DNA of 64,000 nt from Camelus dromedarius. Taxonomy: Eukaryota. Numbering within the stretch: the first letter of the stretch is position 1; each line of letters begins with the position of its first letter. The DNA lies in NCBI RefSeq assembly GCF_036321535.1, contig NC_087436.1, positions 33,916,001-33,980,000 of the forward strand. The letters are read 5' to 3'. The notes under the pieces are model-generated. The model saw only the letters and a program-made list of their open reading frames with translations. It had not been told where the DNA came from and did no database searches. This document shows, one piece after another, positions 51,597 through 64,000 of the stretch. Both the position numbers and the translations under genes were made by a program.

Positions 51597-52895
51597 TCAC
51601 TTACTACTTTCTCAGCCAGATGCCACAATTTAATCAAGGCTTGGGGCTGGCAGGATAGCAATCTGCATATTTCCAAACACCCCAGGAAGTTCTGCTACTG
51701 GTAGATGATCCACAAACCACCAGAGACAAAGAACTTAAAGAGCCCAGATAAGGTCAATTAATTTACAAATATAAGTAAAATTTATTGCACATACCACAAA
51801 TGCAAAAATTATACAATTAATCAAATGTGACATTATTTTCTACCGAGCTATCCACAGGGAGATTTGGTGAGAAGGAAAATCAGAAACACAAGCTCAAGCT
51901 CCAGATAAGTAAAAATTACAAATCTTTTTTGTCGGCTGTGAAAGTTCACATCATGGTACTGCACCCGTATCGTTGTTCGGACTAATCACTGCTGTCTCTA
52001 TCAGTGGGAACTCTAGCCATAAAACAGCAGGGAGAAACACTCCCCTCCCACTCAACTGCAGCTAAAACAGAAAAAAAATCATTTAAGGCAACTGGCTTAA
52101 GAAAACAGCTGAATACAAGCAAACAAATTCAAAGATCAAATGGCTTGTTTTTCTGGAAAATAAATCAATAAAAAACTTGATTCTCTGCATTTATTGGTTC
52201 TTATACTATTTAATGAAGAACCAATGGTGTTAAAATAACAAAGCAACCAATAGTCACAAAAACTATTGAAAACAAGCTCTTTAAATTTGCTCTAATTCCA
52301 GTCTATTCAAAAAAGGCTTGATTGTCTGCCACCTTATTTTATTTTTGAAAAAAAGTATTGTTACATTTTCCAGCTGAGTTCTAGTAAGCCAGCCAACATC
52401 TTACTGATATCTGGTGTATATTTTGGAGTTTAAAGCATAAAGTCAGCAGTGACTTGCTGTGGGGTTAAGGAAAATAAGTTATTTCAGATTAAGACTCTAA
52501 TTAGATAAAAATCACTAAGAAAATAAGTAATTTAGTAATGTCAGCTAAATTTACAAAAGCTCATATTCATCTTTAAGTCAAAGGTTGTGTGTACAATGGC
52601 AAGCCAAAATGAAAAATTGAGTCAATTATTTAGATAATTCAGGTCTAAAATTGCTGCCATTTAGGAAGAGAATATTTAGTTAATGGGGTCATGATTTATG
52701 TAAATAAACTATCAACATTGGCCAATTAACAACCTTTCCCATTTCACTGGAAATATACAGTGCTATCTTAATGATTTTCATGGGAATATGTTACAAGAAA
52801 TCCTCCATGTAAAATAAAAACTACAAAAGATTTCATTAATCAAGCAAAGTAAAACAAAGTATCTCAATGCATACCTTCTCTCTGTCTCTAAGATT

Positions 52896-52917
52896 AAAAA
52901 AAAAAAAAAAAAAAAAA
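52896..52917. repeat. A22 homopolymer
   Basis: Read directly. Confidence 0.95.
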
Positions 52918-54009
52918 GGACCCAACAGAAATTAAGTTGAATTCTGAATGAATTGTGAATATTTTCCTTTTTCCTTATTTTCTTAAAAACCTTGGAGGGA
53001 CTTCTCCTTCCTGTATCATTTCTTAAAGTGAGTTGTAAAGCTTCCTATAAAAAGATGACTTTTCAACAAAACTACTTTTTTAAAAAGCAATCTTAAAATA
53101 ATAGAAGTGAATTTGCAAAACAAATATTACCATTCTTTGCTCATTTTTTCCCCTCAATATTTGCCTCTTTTATTCACTAATCACCTCTTTTCAATTGCGG
53201 CAGAGCTAATAAACATTTACTAATGATACTTTTATTGAAATGTATTACCACTAACACAGATCTACCAGAGTGGCTAATATGTCCCTAACACTGAGATAAG
53301 AAAATGTCCTTGTATTATCTTCAGAATTTCCTAATTTCAGTGAGCTTCATACCTCCTATGACATAAATACCTCAACTTTTCAGATTCGATTTTTGAAGTT
53401 AAGCAAGATTAGATAACTCTCTCCTTAGTCGGATAGCTATTGATGTTAGAGTTTGGATTTAAACTCTAACATGCTTATGGTCATGCTTGTTATTTCTAAC
53501 AGCTGAGTGAAAAACATATTAAATAACAGGCTAAATAAGGAGTTACGGAACAAGAAACGTGATTTTGTGTGTGTATGTATGTGTACTGGAAGGGTGGCTA
53601 GCTAAATCCTGAAGTCATTCTGAACCATTGCTAGCTTCAGGTTGAAACTCACTTAATTCTTTAAACATGTTAGGCCTGTGTTTCACAAACTTATTTATGT
53701 TTGAATTACCTGGGCAGCTTAAATAAAATGAGAAAGAGATGGATTTTTAAACTATCTGTTTTAAAGACTTAATGACTGTATTTTCCGCTTTCTACTTTCA
53801 GGAGCTAAAGACTTGAATAATGCTGTACCTAGTACCCTGTTTACTTCATCTCATCCACTCACTCTATAGGCTCTCACCAAACCAGACTTTCAGTTTTTCT
53901 CAAATATGTCAAGATCATTCTTCCAAGAGCTTCTGTCTTTATTGTGTTTTCCTCAAGTGCTGTTCTCCCTGATTTTTATGTGGCTGTACCTGCTCCTTCC
54001 CTTCAGGCT

Positions 54010-54255
54010 TCTTACTTCCAGTCTATGACCTTCCCATCTCCCCAGCCCTTTCACTTCTCCCCATTACTCTTTTCTTTTTCTTTTCTACCCCTTCCTGGTC
54101 ATGGTGCCCCTGCCAATTCTCCTCTCCCTCTCCTGTCTTCCTCCATCTTTTCCTCCAACCTTCCTCTCCTCCTCACTCTTTGCCTTTTAACTCTACTCCT
54201 TCCAGTTTCTTTTCCCACAGCCTCACCTCCTTTACTCCTCCTGGATCTTCTCTAG
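54010..54255. repeat. CT-rich low-complexity tract
   Basis: Polypyrimidine composition; accounts for the S/P/L/F-rich ORF 53944..54255. Confidence 0.8.
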
Positions 54256-54649
54256 CACATTCCAATTTTTTCCAAAATGATGAAATGGCCAGCTAAAATG
54301 TATAACTTCTGAGCTCCCTGCAAAGTTATCTGAATGGATATAGGTGCATTTTCAGAGCCTGCTTAATATACCGGGAGATGAGTTTTGTTACAAGTAAACT
54401 AATAATTTTATATCTTATATCTTATTAGATCTTACTGTTAATATTGGAAACTGTCCTTTTGTCTTATAATTCCTTACACATTAACTGTCCCACTTAGGTA
54501 ATCTATTAGCCAGAAAACTGGAGAATTCAAGTTTAAATTGACTTTTTATATTTCTACTACCAGAAAATTTACTTCTTAAGAGTGGCAAATGAATGTTATT
54601 ATTTATCTATTATACATAAATTTAAGTATTTATAGAACTTCTCTAGAGA

Positions 54650-54950
54650 TGTAGTCAGTGCAATGCCCAAATTCAGTTGATCTTCACCATGTGGGTGCGT
54701 GCCAGCTGAACTTCCCACCACCAGCATCTCCTTCCCGAGAGCTTTTTCTGGCCACCAGCCCTGGTTCTGCCCATGACCATGGCAGGGAACTTGATGGGGG
54801 TGGGGGATGGGCATTCCTCAACCAGTGACTGATGGGGCTTAGGATATAAGCATCCAGCTCTTGTCTCTATGATGGGAGAACTCTGTAAGTTGCTCTTCTA
54901 CACTGGTTTTTTGAATAGCCTCAAGGGATTAAGCTTTAGATGCCCACAAA
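54650..54950 (+). mobile_element. ERVL LTR fragment (LTR16-like)
   Basis: TGTAGTCAG...CCTCAACCAGTGACTGATGGGG...GATGGGAGAACTCTG...GGGATTAAGCT...GCCCACA. Confidence 0.75.
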
Positions 54951-55178
54951 GGGAAATAGAGAATAGTTAACAAAGTAAATACCAGTATGTTATCAGAAAT
55001 CTGATTTTTCCATGTTCCCCAAGTAGTTTTCTTCCTCTTCATTTCTTCTTCCTTCCTTCGTCACTCTGTGTCTCCCTCCCTCCTCTTTCTTTTCTTTTTC
55101 TTTTTTTCCTTTTCTCTTCTCTTCTCTCTCTTTTTTTCTTCCTAATTCAGTTTCTAAGCAGAAATGCTTTTCACACTT

Positions 55179-55180
<2 letters not shown>

Positions 55181-55206
<26 letters not shown>
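55181..55206. repeat. (GT)13 microsatellite
   Basis: Read directly; preceded by a CT-rich tract at ~55030-55143. Confidence 0.95.
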
Positions 55207-55209
<3 letters not shown>

Positions 55210-56114
55210 TAAGAATGGATAGGAATTACCATTAAGTTTTTGGTTGCAAATCCTCCCCTCCCTAGTCCTAATTCTTTGCAGAGGAAGACAATTAAACCCA
55301 TGTAATGCTTGTTTGTTCCATTGCATTACTGAGTATGGAGACAGTACTGAAAAGAAAAAATTACTTTTTAGCAAATCTCACAGCATGCAGAGCTTTCCTC
55401 ATGTTTGCACTGTCTGAAGTTTAGCATGATCTTAATTAGTATAAAAGTTTTGATCATTCAAAGAATAAAAACATATGCATTAAATATGCATAAAGAAAAT
55501 TTTGAAAGACGAATGCATAATGCAAAGCATTATGCTGCTCTGTTACTGCCTTAAAAGTACACACACATTAATATGCACATAACCAGAGCTTTGGCTTAGC
55601 AGTTCTTAACAGTTTCCCAATAAAGAACAGATGGAAACAAATGTCATTTTTGTATAAGTTTAATATATTTTCAAATTTTAGTTGCCTGGTTTTTAAATCT
55701 TTCAAACTTATTTCTTAATCTTTGCCTTAAACATTGCATTGTTAAGATAAATGAATTAAGAAAATGCTATTTTATAACTAGCGTGAAATTTAAAATATGA
55801 CTCTTCTAAAAGTTAATTACTGATCTTGCTTTTCAAAGAGAACCAGTCAGATTAGAATTTGTCTTTTACTTCTGTTCTAGATCTTCTTTCCGATTTTCTT
55901 AGTTCTATTAACATTATATTGGTTTTGTCAGTCATTCAAGTTCAACTTCTTAGAATCAACATCTTCTGAATTATCAAATACTGCCATATTTTTTCAAATA
56001 CTGCACCTCTGACATCCATTTAGTCTCCATCTGCATTTCTAAAACCCTGTTCATTGCACACTGTTCTGTTCAAATATCATTAATTGGATTCTACACAATA
56101 TAATTAATTCCAAA

Positions 56115-56420
56115 ACACTCAATCCAACAGACATGTATTGAATGCCTAAAATATGTTACGTACTCTACTATACACAAAGAGATTACAGTCTTCTGAGTGA
56201 AACACGTGTAAACAATTACTCCGGCGTTTGTTCAGTGAAACTGTAGAATTCTGTGCAAATGGCAGTCCAGGGAGTGATGTAGAGGAGGGGGACAGAGAAA
56301 ATTTCACAGGATGGATGACAACTAAACTGAATTTTAAAGATCACAGGAAGGTCTCCAAACAGGTAAAGTAGAAATGTGCATAGAGGAAAAAGGTTCAAGG
56401 CCCAGAAAAAACCTAAAACT
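56115..56420 (-). mobile_element. L2 3' fragment
   Basis: CACTCAATCCAACAGACATGTATTGAATGCCTA...AACTGAATTTTAAAGAT. Confidence 0.6.
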
Positions 56421-57167
56421 GAAGACAGGTGTATCATTTAACAAGATTTTTGTCTGAAGACAACATAATAGTTAATTATGATTATTTAAATAAATAGGGA
56501 TATCCCCACCCCCACTCAAGGAATAAAGAAATAGTTGCTAATGTTGATTCCATCCCCCACATTGAATTCAGGTTGAATGTAGCAAACTGAAAGCTGCAGT
56601 GCAAATCTTGATGACATTGGCTGAGATCTATGGGAAAGGAATTTGCAAAACCAATATGGCAGTCTGAATACAATATAAAAACCAATGGAGCCAGAACTAG
56701 CTCTCAAAGTAGGGGGGGGGGTGTCAAATTAGGAATCTTAGAGCCAGAATAGTTCTTGCAAGAGAAACCTATTTGAATAAGTAAAGTGAAGCTGGAAATA
56801 CATTCTGCATCAGGCTCTATGTTTCAGCCGACGTGATAAATGAGGATGTCTCAAATGACTAGTAAGATCCAACCATCAGGCACATTGTGGGAGCACTGAA
56901 AGATCTGAAGCTAATTGATCATATTTTATTTTAGAATCATGATATTTAAAGCACAAAGATTGGTTTGCAAAATGGTATCTAGGAAAACAAATCATTTCAG
57001 AAACCATATAATGGCTCATGTAAGCCATTTCTCTAATCCCTCCAATTGATTCTCTTTTAACCTCTTCAAAGAATATTACTATGCTTCTTCCTCTATCGTA
57101 GTACTCATAACGTTGTACCATGTAGGAATTATGTCTTCTTTACCTTTTTAGTTTTATAAATTTATTT

Positions 57168-57246
57168 TTAATTAATTAATTAATTAGTTAATTAATTAAT
57201 TTACTTAATTATTTACTTATTTATTTATTTACTTATTTATTTATTC
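57168..57246. repeat. (TAAT)n/(TTAT)n AT-rich tandem tract at an L2 tail
   Basis: Read directly. Confidence 0.85.
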
Positions 57247-58110
57247 ACTACTCTGCCATTACTGTGTGCCAATCCCTGTTGTAAGTGCTAGGGAGATAAA
57301 AACAAACGAGTCTTTCTCTGTGTCTGTTAATGTGCTTGCATTCTAGTGAAAGAGAGAGGATTTATAAATAAACATACCATGTCAGGTTGCCATGTTATGT
57401 AAAGACAGTTCAAGGAGGTTAGGAAAATAATGAATAATGAAGAAGCTATTTTGTATTAGGATAATAAGGGAAACCTTCACTGATAATCTGAGACCCGATG
57501 GAAGTGATGGGGGTATCATTCAGATGTATGGAGGAAGAGGAACTCATGCAGAGGATACAAATGCCACAGCATCTAAGCTGAAGCAGTATGATGTTTTTAG
57601 TTAACCGAGAAGCCAGAATAATTGGCCCATAATGAGTAATGGAAAAGTAGTAAGGTATGGTATCAGAGAATCAGTTACGAGCGAAATTGTAGAAACTTGT
57701 AGGCCTTGATAAGGATGTTGTCAGTGAGTCTGGAAACCATGTGATAATATTCAGGAGGAAGGTGACATGATTAGATTCAGGTTATAAGATCACACTGGCT
57801 GCTGTGTGGAAGGTAATCTGTAGGGGGACAAGCATGAAAGCAAGGAGAACAATTAGGAGGACACTGCCATAAACAGAGAGAGAAATGGTGGGATTCTGGA
57901 TATATTTTGAAAAATATAAGTAAAAGATTGATGAAAAAATAGATATGGAGTGAGAACAAAATAAATAAGTCAAAAATAACATAAAAATTATGCCTGAGAA
58001 ACTGAAAGAATGGAATTTCCATTAACTTCATGGAAAAGATGGTCAAAGGAAGATTGGTAAAATTAGGAATTGTTTTGCTCATAATTATTTTGCAATATCT
58101 AATAAATATC
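57247..58110 (-). mobile_element. L2a-type fragment
   Basis: ACTGTGTGCCAA..CCTGTTGTAAGTGCTAGGG...GCTTGCATTCTAGTG...AAGATCACACTGGCTGCTGTGTGGA...GATTCTGGATATATTTTGAA. Confidence 0.85.
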
Positions 58111-58119
58111 CATAATATT

Positions 58120-59020
58120 TGATGTCAAACGGTTTTCTTCCATCTCAGATATTGTAGTTTATTCTTTAAAAGTTTCTGCTTAACATCCTCAGATGTGGCT
58201 CTAGCTTCTTAAACATATGAAACAGTTATAATTATTTTAATGTGCTTGCCTACTAATTCTATCAAGTGTGTTATTTTTAATTGACTGATTTTTATTTTTA
58301 TTCAATTTTGTATTTTCCTGCTTCTTTATGCCTTGTAATTTTTTGTTAGATGTCTGATATTGTGGATTTTACTTTGTCAGTTGCTGTTTTTTGTATTCCC
58401 ATGAATATTATTGAGCGTTGTGTTTGGGTGCAATTTAGTTATTTGGAAATAGTTTGACTTTCTTTGGATCTTGCTTTTGTTAGTATCAAAGCATTGTTTC
58501 ATCTCAGGTAAATTTTTTCCTACAATAAAGGAAGACCCTTCTTGATACATACCTGATGCCTTGTGAATTACAAAATTTTCACTCTTAGTCTTGGGAATAG
58601 TCACTCAGGTAGTTTCCTAACAAATATATACTTATCAGTCAGACTCAACCAAAAATACCAAAGGAGACTCTCTTTAGATCTCCTTTTTTTTTTTTTTTTT
58701 TGCTCAGTTTTCTCTTCTCTGAGACTCTGTTATGAACTCAAGCCACCTTGCCCTTCTCACACACACTGCTTTGCCTCCTTCACTCAGGGAGCTTTCCCTC
58801 ACTGCTCTGTGGTCTGCCAACTTTCCCTAGACTGCAAGTAGGGCAATTTTAGGGCTCACCTTGTTTGTGTCCCATTTCTCAGTGATCATTATCTTTTGTT
58901 GTCCAATGCTCAAAACATTGTTTTATATAGTTTGTCCCTTTTCTTAGTTGTTTTAGGCCGGTGGCTCAATACAGCCCTTTTACAACATCTTGATTGAAAG
59001 TGGAAGTCCATTCTGCCTAT
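58120..59020 (-). mobile_element. Old L1 5'/ORF1-region fragment
   Basis: TTTTAATGTGCTTGCCTACTAATTCTA...CAATTTAGTTATTTGGAAATAGTTTG...GGGCAATTTTAGGGCTCACCTTGTTTG. Confidence 0.75.
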
Positions 59021-59039
59021 AATTCTCTTTATCTTGGCT

Positions 59040-59500
59040 TTTAAAATCAGTATTATTAAGGTAAATATATGAACCAATTACAGAACATATTTTACATTTA
59101 CAGCTCAATGAGTTTTGACAAATGCATGCACATGTAAGCATCACCAAAATCAACATGCAAACTGTTTTCATCACTCACAGATATTCTCATTCCTTATTGA
59201 GTTAATCATCCCTCCAACCCAACCACATGCAACCAGTCATCTGCTATCTATAGTATAGATTATTTTGTATAGTCTGGAATTTCATATGAATGGAATTATA
59301 GTATATACTCTTGTATCTTGATCCTTTCACTCAGCACAATGGTATTAACATTTATCCTGCTATATATCAATAATTCATTTTTTTTATTGCTGAGTATCAT
59401 TGCACTGAATGACTCTAACAATTGTTGATAAACATTTGGCTATTTCCAGTTTAAGGAAAAATGCTATTATGAATATTTGTACATGGATCTTTGTATGATT
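59040..59500 (-). mobile_element. L1ME-type 3' end
   Basis: TACAGCTCAATGAGTTTTGACAAATG...GGAATTTCATATGAATGGAATTATA...TTCACTCAGCACAATG. Confidence 0.85.
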
Positions 59501-61479
59501 ATTTTATGCTAAGTTTACCCCTTCATAGTTTTAATTCAGGAACGAATTATCCTGTTATCACAATAATTTGGAACACTTTTTAATACCTTTAAATGTTTTT
59601 CTTTTTGTCTTGGTACAGAATTTACAATTATCACTGATAGAGTTTTTGTAACCACTTCACTGATTATCATTAATAGAAGTTCCTCAGTTCTAATTCCTAC
59701 GTGTAATTTAAACTAGATTGAATTGTAACATCAGACTGCACCTCTTTTCTCTCATTTTAGGCACCAGGGAGTTTTTCTTTTTCTTTTTTTCTTTTTCTGA
59801 AACGTCAGTCAAAATATAGAAAACAAACTAGCAAGATCTACCAACAAATATTTTCTATAAATGCTACCTTTTCTTTTTATTCTTATGAGAAAGATTGCTT
59901 AGAATTTGGAGCATTTTTAATATGACTTCTTAAAAAATGCATATATTTCTTACAAAAACATTTTTACGCCCACAAATTCAAGAACTATTTTATTCACTGC
60001 TGTATTTGTCATTGCCTAGCATAAAGCCTAGCACATACAGAAAAATCAATGTATAAGTAATGAATAGCTAAATTTAAAAAATAGAGAATTATCAAAACAT
60101 CATGTTAAAAAGTGGCATTAACCATACTTCACATGTCACAACATGCTTCCTTAGTAATATATACATGGTCTCTTAAAATAGAAGTATGGTTTTTAGTCCT
60201 GCTATCTTAAATAATCTGTTTCCTTAGTTAATATTGTATTCAAGTTCTCCCTCACCTTCTCAGAGTCCATCATGCTATAAATTTACCCCCAGTATGCTTT
60301 TACATACCAAATCTTCCACAGAACAGGCAGGATTGTATTTTGCTCTTGGTGAAAAACACAGGGTACACATCACCAAAAAGGAAAATTACAAAAGGAAAGT
60401 AAGAGAAATACAGCTAGAGCCAGGAGTGCCCCCTGTAACTGTGACTGCGACTAACCCTCCACTGCTGGCCTCTGCCGCTCTTTCTTGCACGTGATCATTC
60501 CATTCTTTGTAAAGGAATATAACCTGACTGATCATATTCAGGGAATGGTGGTGACTGTGGTTGAGTTTTCTTCTTTAAACTGCAGAAGTGAAAAAGGCAT
60601 TTTGCTGTGGTTGTGGTGAGTTTGGAAGAGGAGATTGGGAAGAGAAGGGGAATGGTTTGGAGAGAGGAATACTGTTATCTTCTAGGTTGCAGGAAGAAGA
60701 ATTTACAAATAAGTGATCATGAATTTTAAGAAACATTAATTAATAAACTGTTGAAGAGAACAGTTTTTATAAAAATCATGAATTCACTATGAACTGTGTT
60801 AGTCTCATTTTTTAAAATCACATGTTAGTATTAAATTATGTTTTCTGGCTTAAGAAAAATCCCTGCAGGCAATCAGGCACATAATATAATCCTATTTGTA
60901 AGGAAACATTAAATATATCACACTTCACATATCGTGAAAAAATTATTAAATGATCTTAATCCTCATCTTACCCAAATTAACAGTGTGAATACATAAAAGA
61001 GAAGTAGTGTGTGCAGTTATGTTTTCCACTTGATTTATAACTACTTTACAGTCGACTGAGTGTTTAATGTTTTCTTTAGATCGTGTACTCTGTATGCAAA
61101 ATTTGGAGACTTTGATGTTTTAGTGCATTTAAAATGAAATCAACTCCCACTGTGACTAATTTTGAAAACAAAGCCAAAAGAAAATGTTCACTTATTTTTG
61201 TGAAAATCTGCTTTGGCCATTCTCTCAAACAAGTTATGTGATATATGTAATAACAAAGACCCTGCCAATTGTGAGAGGTGCAAACAGTTACTTTCTACCG
61301 AAGATGGCTTTAAAAATTACCACTGGCTTAGCCCAGGCTGTAAGGATGCTCTTTCAGAGAATTCAAAGAATGATTTTGAAAGAAGTGCATTTATCTATAC
61401 ATTATAATTTAGAGCTGATACTCCAAGCAAAAGAAAAAAATCATTCTTCTTACTAAATTTTCAAAATCTGATGGGTTTT

Positions 61480-61570
61480 GCACATAAAACGTATCTCAAT
61501 TCAGAATAGTCACATTGTACATGCTCAATAAGTAATGCGTGACTATTAGTGCCTACCATATTGGACAGCA
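61480..61570. mobile_element. MER3/MER33-like hAT terminal fragment
   Basis: TAGTCACATT...TGCTCAATA...AGTGCCTACCATATTGGACAGCACA. Confidence 0.6.
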
Positions 61571-63199
61571 CATATCTAATGTTTCAGATTCTTAACCAAT
61601 GTCTTTTCCTCTACACAACAAAATTCCTCTTTTCTTTTTATACTCTATATCCATGCAATCATCTTCACTATCTCTTGATTCTCTCAAGCTCCACATACAC
61701 AACGTTAATTCATGCACCATCATCCATACCCAGATTACTGCAGTAAGCTCCCCAATGGAATACTTCCTTCCTCTATCACCCCATCAAATTTTATTCTGAT
61801 GCCTCATGACCTTCTTTATTAGTATATATGATTATATCACTCTCTGGTTTATAGGACACCTCCCCACACCATTTTGTCACGATATGAAATAGAGCCCAAG
61901 CTTATGTGGTTAAAAAATGTCCTCTAGGTAATTTTATGTGCTACTTGTTAAATTACAAGAGTAAATACTATTTCCTCTCCATGGCCATAGACTGTGTTAA
62001 GTGCCATTATTCTGATCCATCTCAGTACTTTATACTTTCCCAATCAGTATGGGTTTGTGACAGCTGGGACTGGCCCTACAACTAAGTGCAAGCTTTGTCA
62101 CATAATGATATATATTTGGTAACAAATATATGTTTAAAAATATAATAGTATATTTCATCTAGCAAAATTAATTTCAGTCAGTTTATAGTGAAAGAGCTGA
62201 TAAAGCCTCCGTGTTTGTTTCTGAATTGTTTGATGGTTTTTCCAGTAAAAACAGTTTTCTTCTTCTAAAGAATTATTGTATTAAACTAAGGAAATTGAAA
62301 TTGCCCAAATCTGAACTTGAATTCATAATTTCTGTTACTTTTGAAGTATGACATTTAGACAAAATAGATCAAACAGCTTGTCTATGTTTTTACAATAAAA
62401 TGCAGAAAATGAGATTGCTAGGAAAAAAGTCAGAGATCTATTGTATGTTGAATAATCACTGTTCATGTATTGCAAATTATTCATGATGTGACTAAAATTT
62501 TTTATTCCTCAATTTGTATTCTAAAACAGAAATATATACCTACTGGCTACATTTTTATGTGATAAAGGGATTTCCAACTCACTGCTACTGGGAAACATAT
62601 AAATTTATTTAGATTACCCTTTGGTAAAAATAAAAAGCCTATTTTATCACCTAAGGAAAATACATGTTTAAAAACACTTAAGTTTTCAGCTATGATCAAA
62701 GTTAAAGTAAATAAACTGTTTCTCTGGAGGCATGAAACTGTATCTTTAAACTGCATAAAAATGAGAGCAACTTTAGGGATTTTTTTCAGTAAGAAAGAAC
62801 CCAGTAATAGGATAAAAATGGAAATGGGTTTTATACATACCTCCCAAGGCTTATATTTGGTAAGAATTTATAAGGAATTTAGTAAGATGAAATAAAACGG
62901 TAAGATCAAAGCATGCACACACAGAAACGGATTTCCTGCTATGAAGCATATAAATTGGAATGATGTAGCTAATGAAAAATCCTATTTCTTAGATTCTTTA
63001 GATTGTGCCTACAGAAAAAAATTTAATATTTGACTGGATTAATATCAAATAATTCAAGCCTTTTCTCTAAACTAGGCAAAGCACTTATTTTAAGTCATCT
63101 TTAAAAAGTGTCCCTGAATATTCTTCTTTTCACAGAATTTACTGAAATTGTGTAAACGTGCCCTTGAGTGTTAGGAGCTGCATATGTTATTTGTTCAGT

Positions 63200-63665
63200 G
63201 AGATTGAGGTCATCCCCACTCTATTCTCTGATGATTGTGCTTCTGCAGCATTGGCTTTTAAATTCCTCAAACACACCAAAGATATTCTTATCTTAGGGGC
63301 TTTAACTGTGCTGCCCCTACTGTCTATCATAGACTTCCTTCTGTTCCTTACAGCTTGACTGCATCTTATTTTTAGATTTCGGCTTAAATATTACTTCTCT
63401 GGAAAATCCTTCATTTGCCATCTAAACTAAAGTAGGTCTCCATGATTTCTATCTTAGCAGTTTGTTGCCTTCTGCAGCTTTTTCGTTCGCGATTGATTTC
63501 TTTTTGTTTGGTTACTTGCTTATTTGTTCTTGCCTCTCTCCTCATCTATATTATCACCTTGTATGAGGGAAAGCAGCATGTCTGTTCATTAGTCATTTCA
63601 CATTAGTGCATAGGACAGTGTCTGTCACAGTCAGTGCCTGATAAATGTTTGTTGTCTGATACGAA
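63200..63665 (+). mobile_element. L2 3' fragment
   Basis: TTCCTCAAACACACCAAAG...CTTAGGGGCTTT...AAATATTACTTCTCTGGAAAATCCTTC...GACAGTGTCTGTCACAGT...ATAAATGTTTGTTG. Confidence 0.8.
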
Positions 63666-64000
63666 TGTCACAGTATTGTTCATTTAATGTTAATTACATG
63701 CTTTTTAATCTCTGTTAAGATTAGTTTTAAAAAAGGGTTTATAATTTCACTTTAATACTGTGAGAAGAAGACTATTTTTTACAAGTTCAGTGATTCAGAT
63801 AAAGATTTTAATTGCAGTGGAGCTTAAAAGTTAGTATTAGTGCAAATTTACCAAAGTAACCTAAAGAAATACTCAGATACAGCAAAAGTAATCTGCATGA
63901 GAATAATTAGAACACCCATGACATTAGACTTGTTCAAAGTGAAAAGAAAATAGAAACTAAAATTTTTCTGTTTTCATTATATAGTTTTAAAAAACAAGCA

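Noticed and set aside
48723..52917. A27 and A22 runs as tails of retro-insertions
   Set aside because: No TSD or upstream SINE, L1 or mRNA body is visible, so they are treated as simple homopolymers.
60420..60495. CTCF-like GTGCCCCCTG and E-box CACGTG
   Set aside because: The CTCF match covers only part of the core, and a single 6-mer is uninformative.
61213..61407. Zinc-finger-looking ORF (CDIC...CERC...H...C)
   Set aside because: It has a TTG start with an in-frame stop four codons upstream, no splice acceptor and a single non-canonical motif, so coincidence is most likely. A Pfam or tBLASTn hit would change this.
1280..63358. The 60-140 aa ORFs in the supplied track as genes
   Set aside because: Most lie in L1, L2, LTR or low-complexity sequence, many use non-ATG starts, and they show F/L/I or K/R bias that follows base composition. 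I recognised no protein family except L1 ORF2.
1..64000. Prokaryotic-style systems (CRISPR arrays, operons, defence islands, prophage)
   Set aside because: The sequence is mammalian non-coding DNA. There are no regularly spaced repeat-spacer arrays and no gene-dense ORFs.

Overview
AT-rich, CpG-depleted mammalian genomic DNA that looks like a large intron or gene desert. It is not prokaryotic: I see no operons, CRISPR arrays or rRNA/tRNA genes. Much of it is interspersed repeats: old L2, MIR, L1M, MaLR/ERV LTRs and MER DNA transposons. Several short, young L1 3' stubs with target-site duplications (TSDs) have tails resembling cetartiodactyl L1, probably camelid (inference from recalled consensus; I recognised no Alu, B1, BovB/Bov-A, PRE-1 or SINEC). 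No known protein-coding gene was recognised. The only ORF I can assign is a decayed L1 ORF2 fragment (23080-23355). The most interesting candidates are all tentative: (i) a chain of small + strand exon-like segments at 13.4-43.6 kb that can be spliced into a 107-aa ORF or be a lncRNA; (ii) a GAS + ISRE/PRDI motif pair in a CpG-retaining island near 37.96 kb; (iii) a GC-rich ~115-bp insert inside an old L1; (iv) an L1 stub with a ~36-bp TSD; (v) a four-element nested LTR stack. Repeat subfamily names come from memory of consensus sequences and boundaries are approximate. I found no convincing novel biological system.
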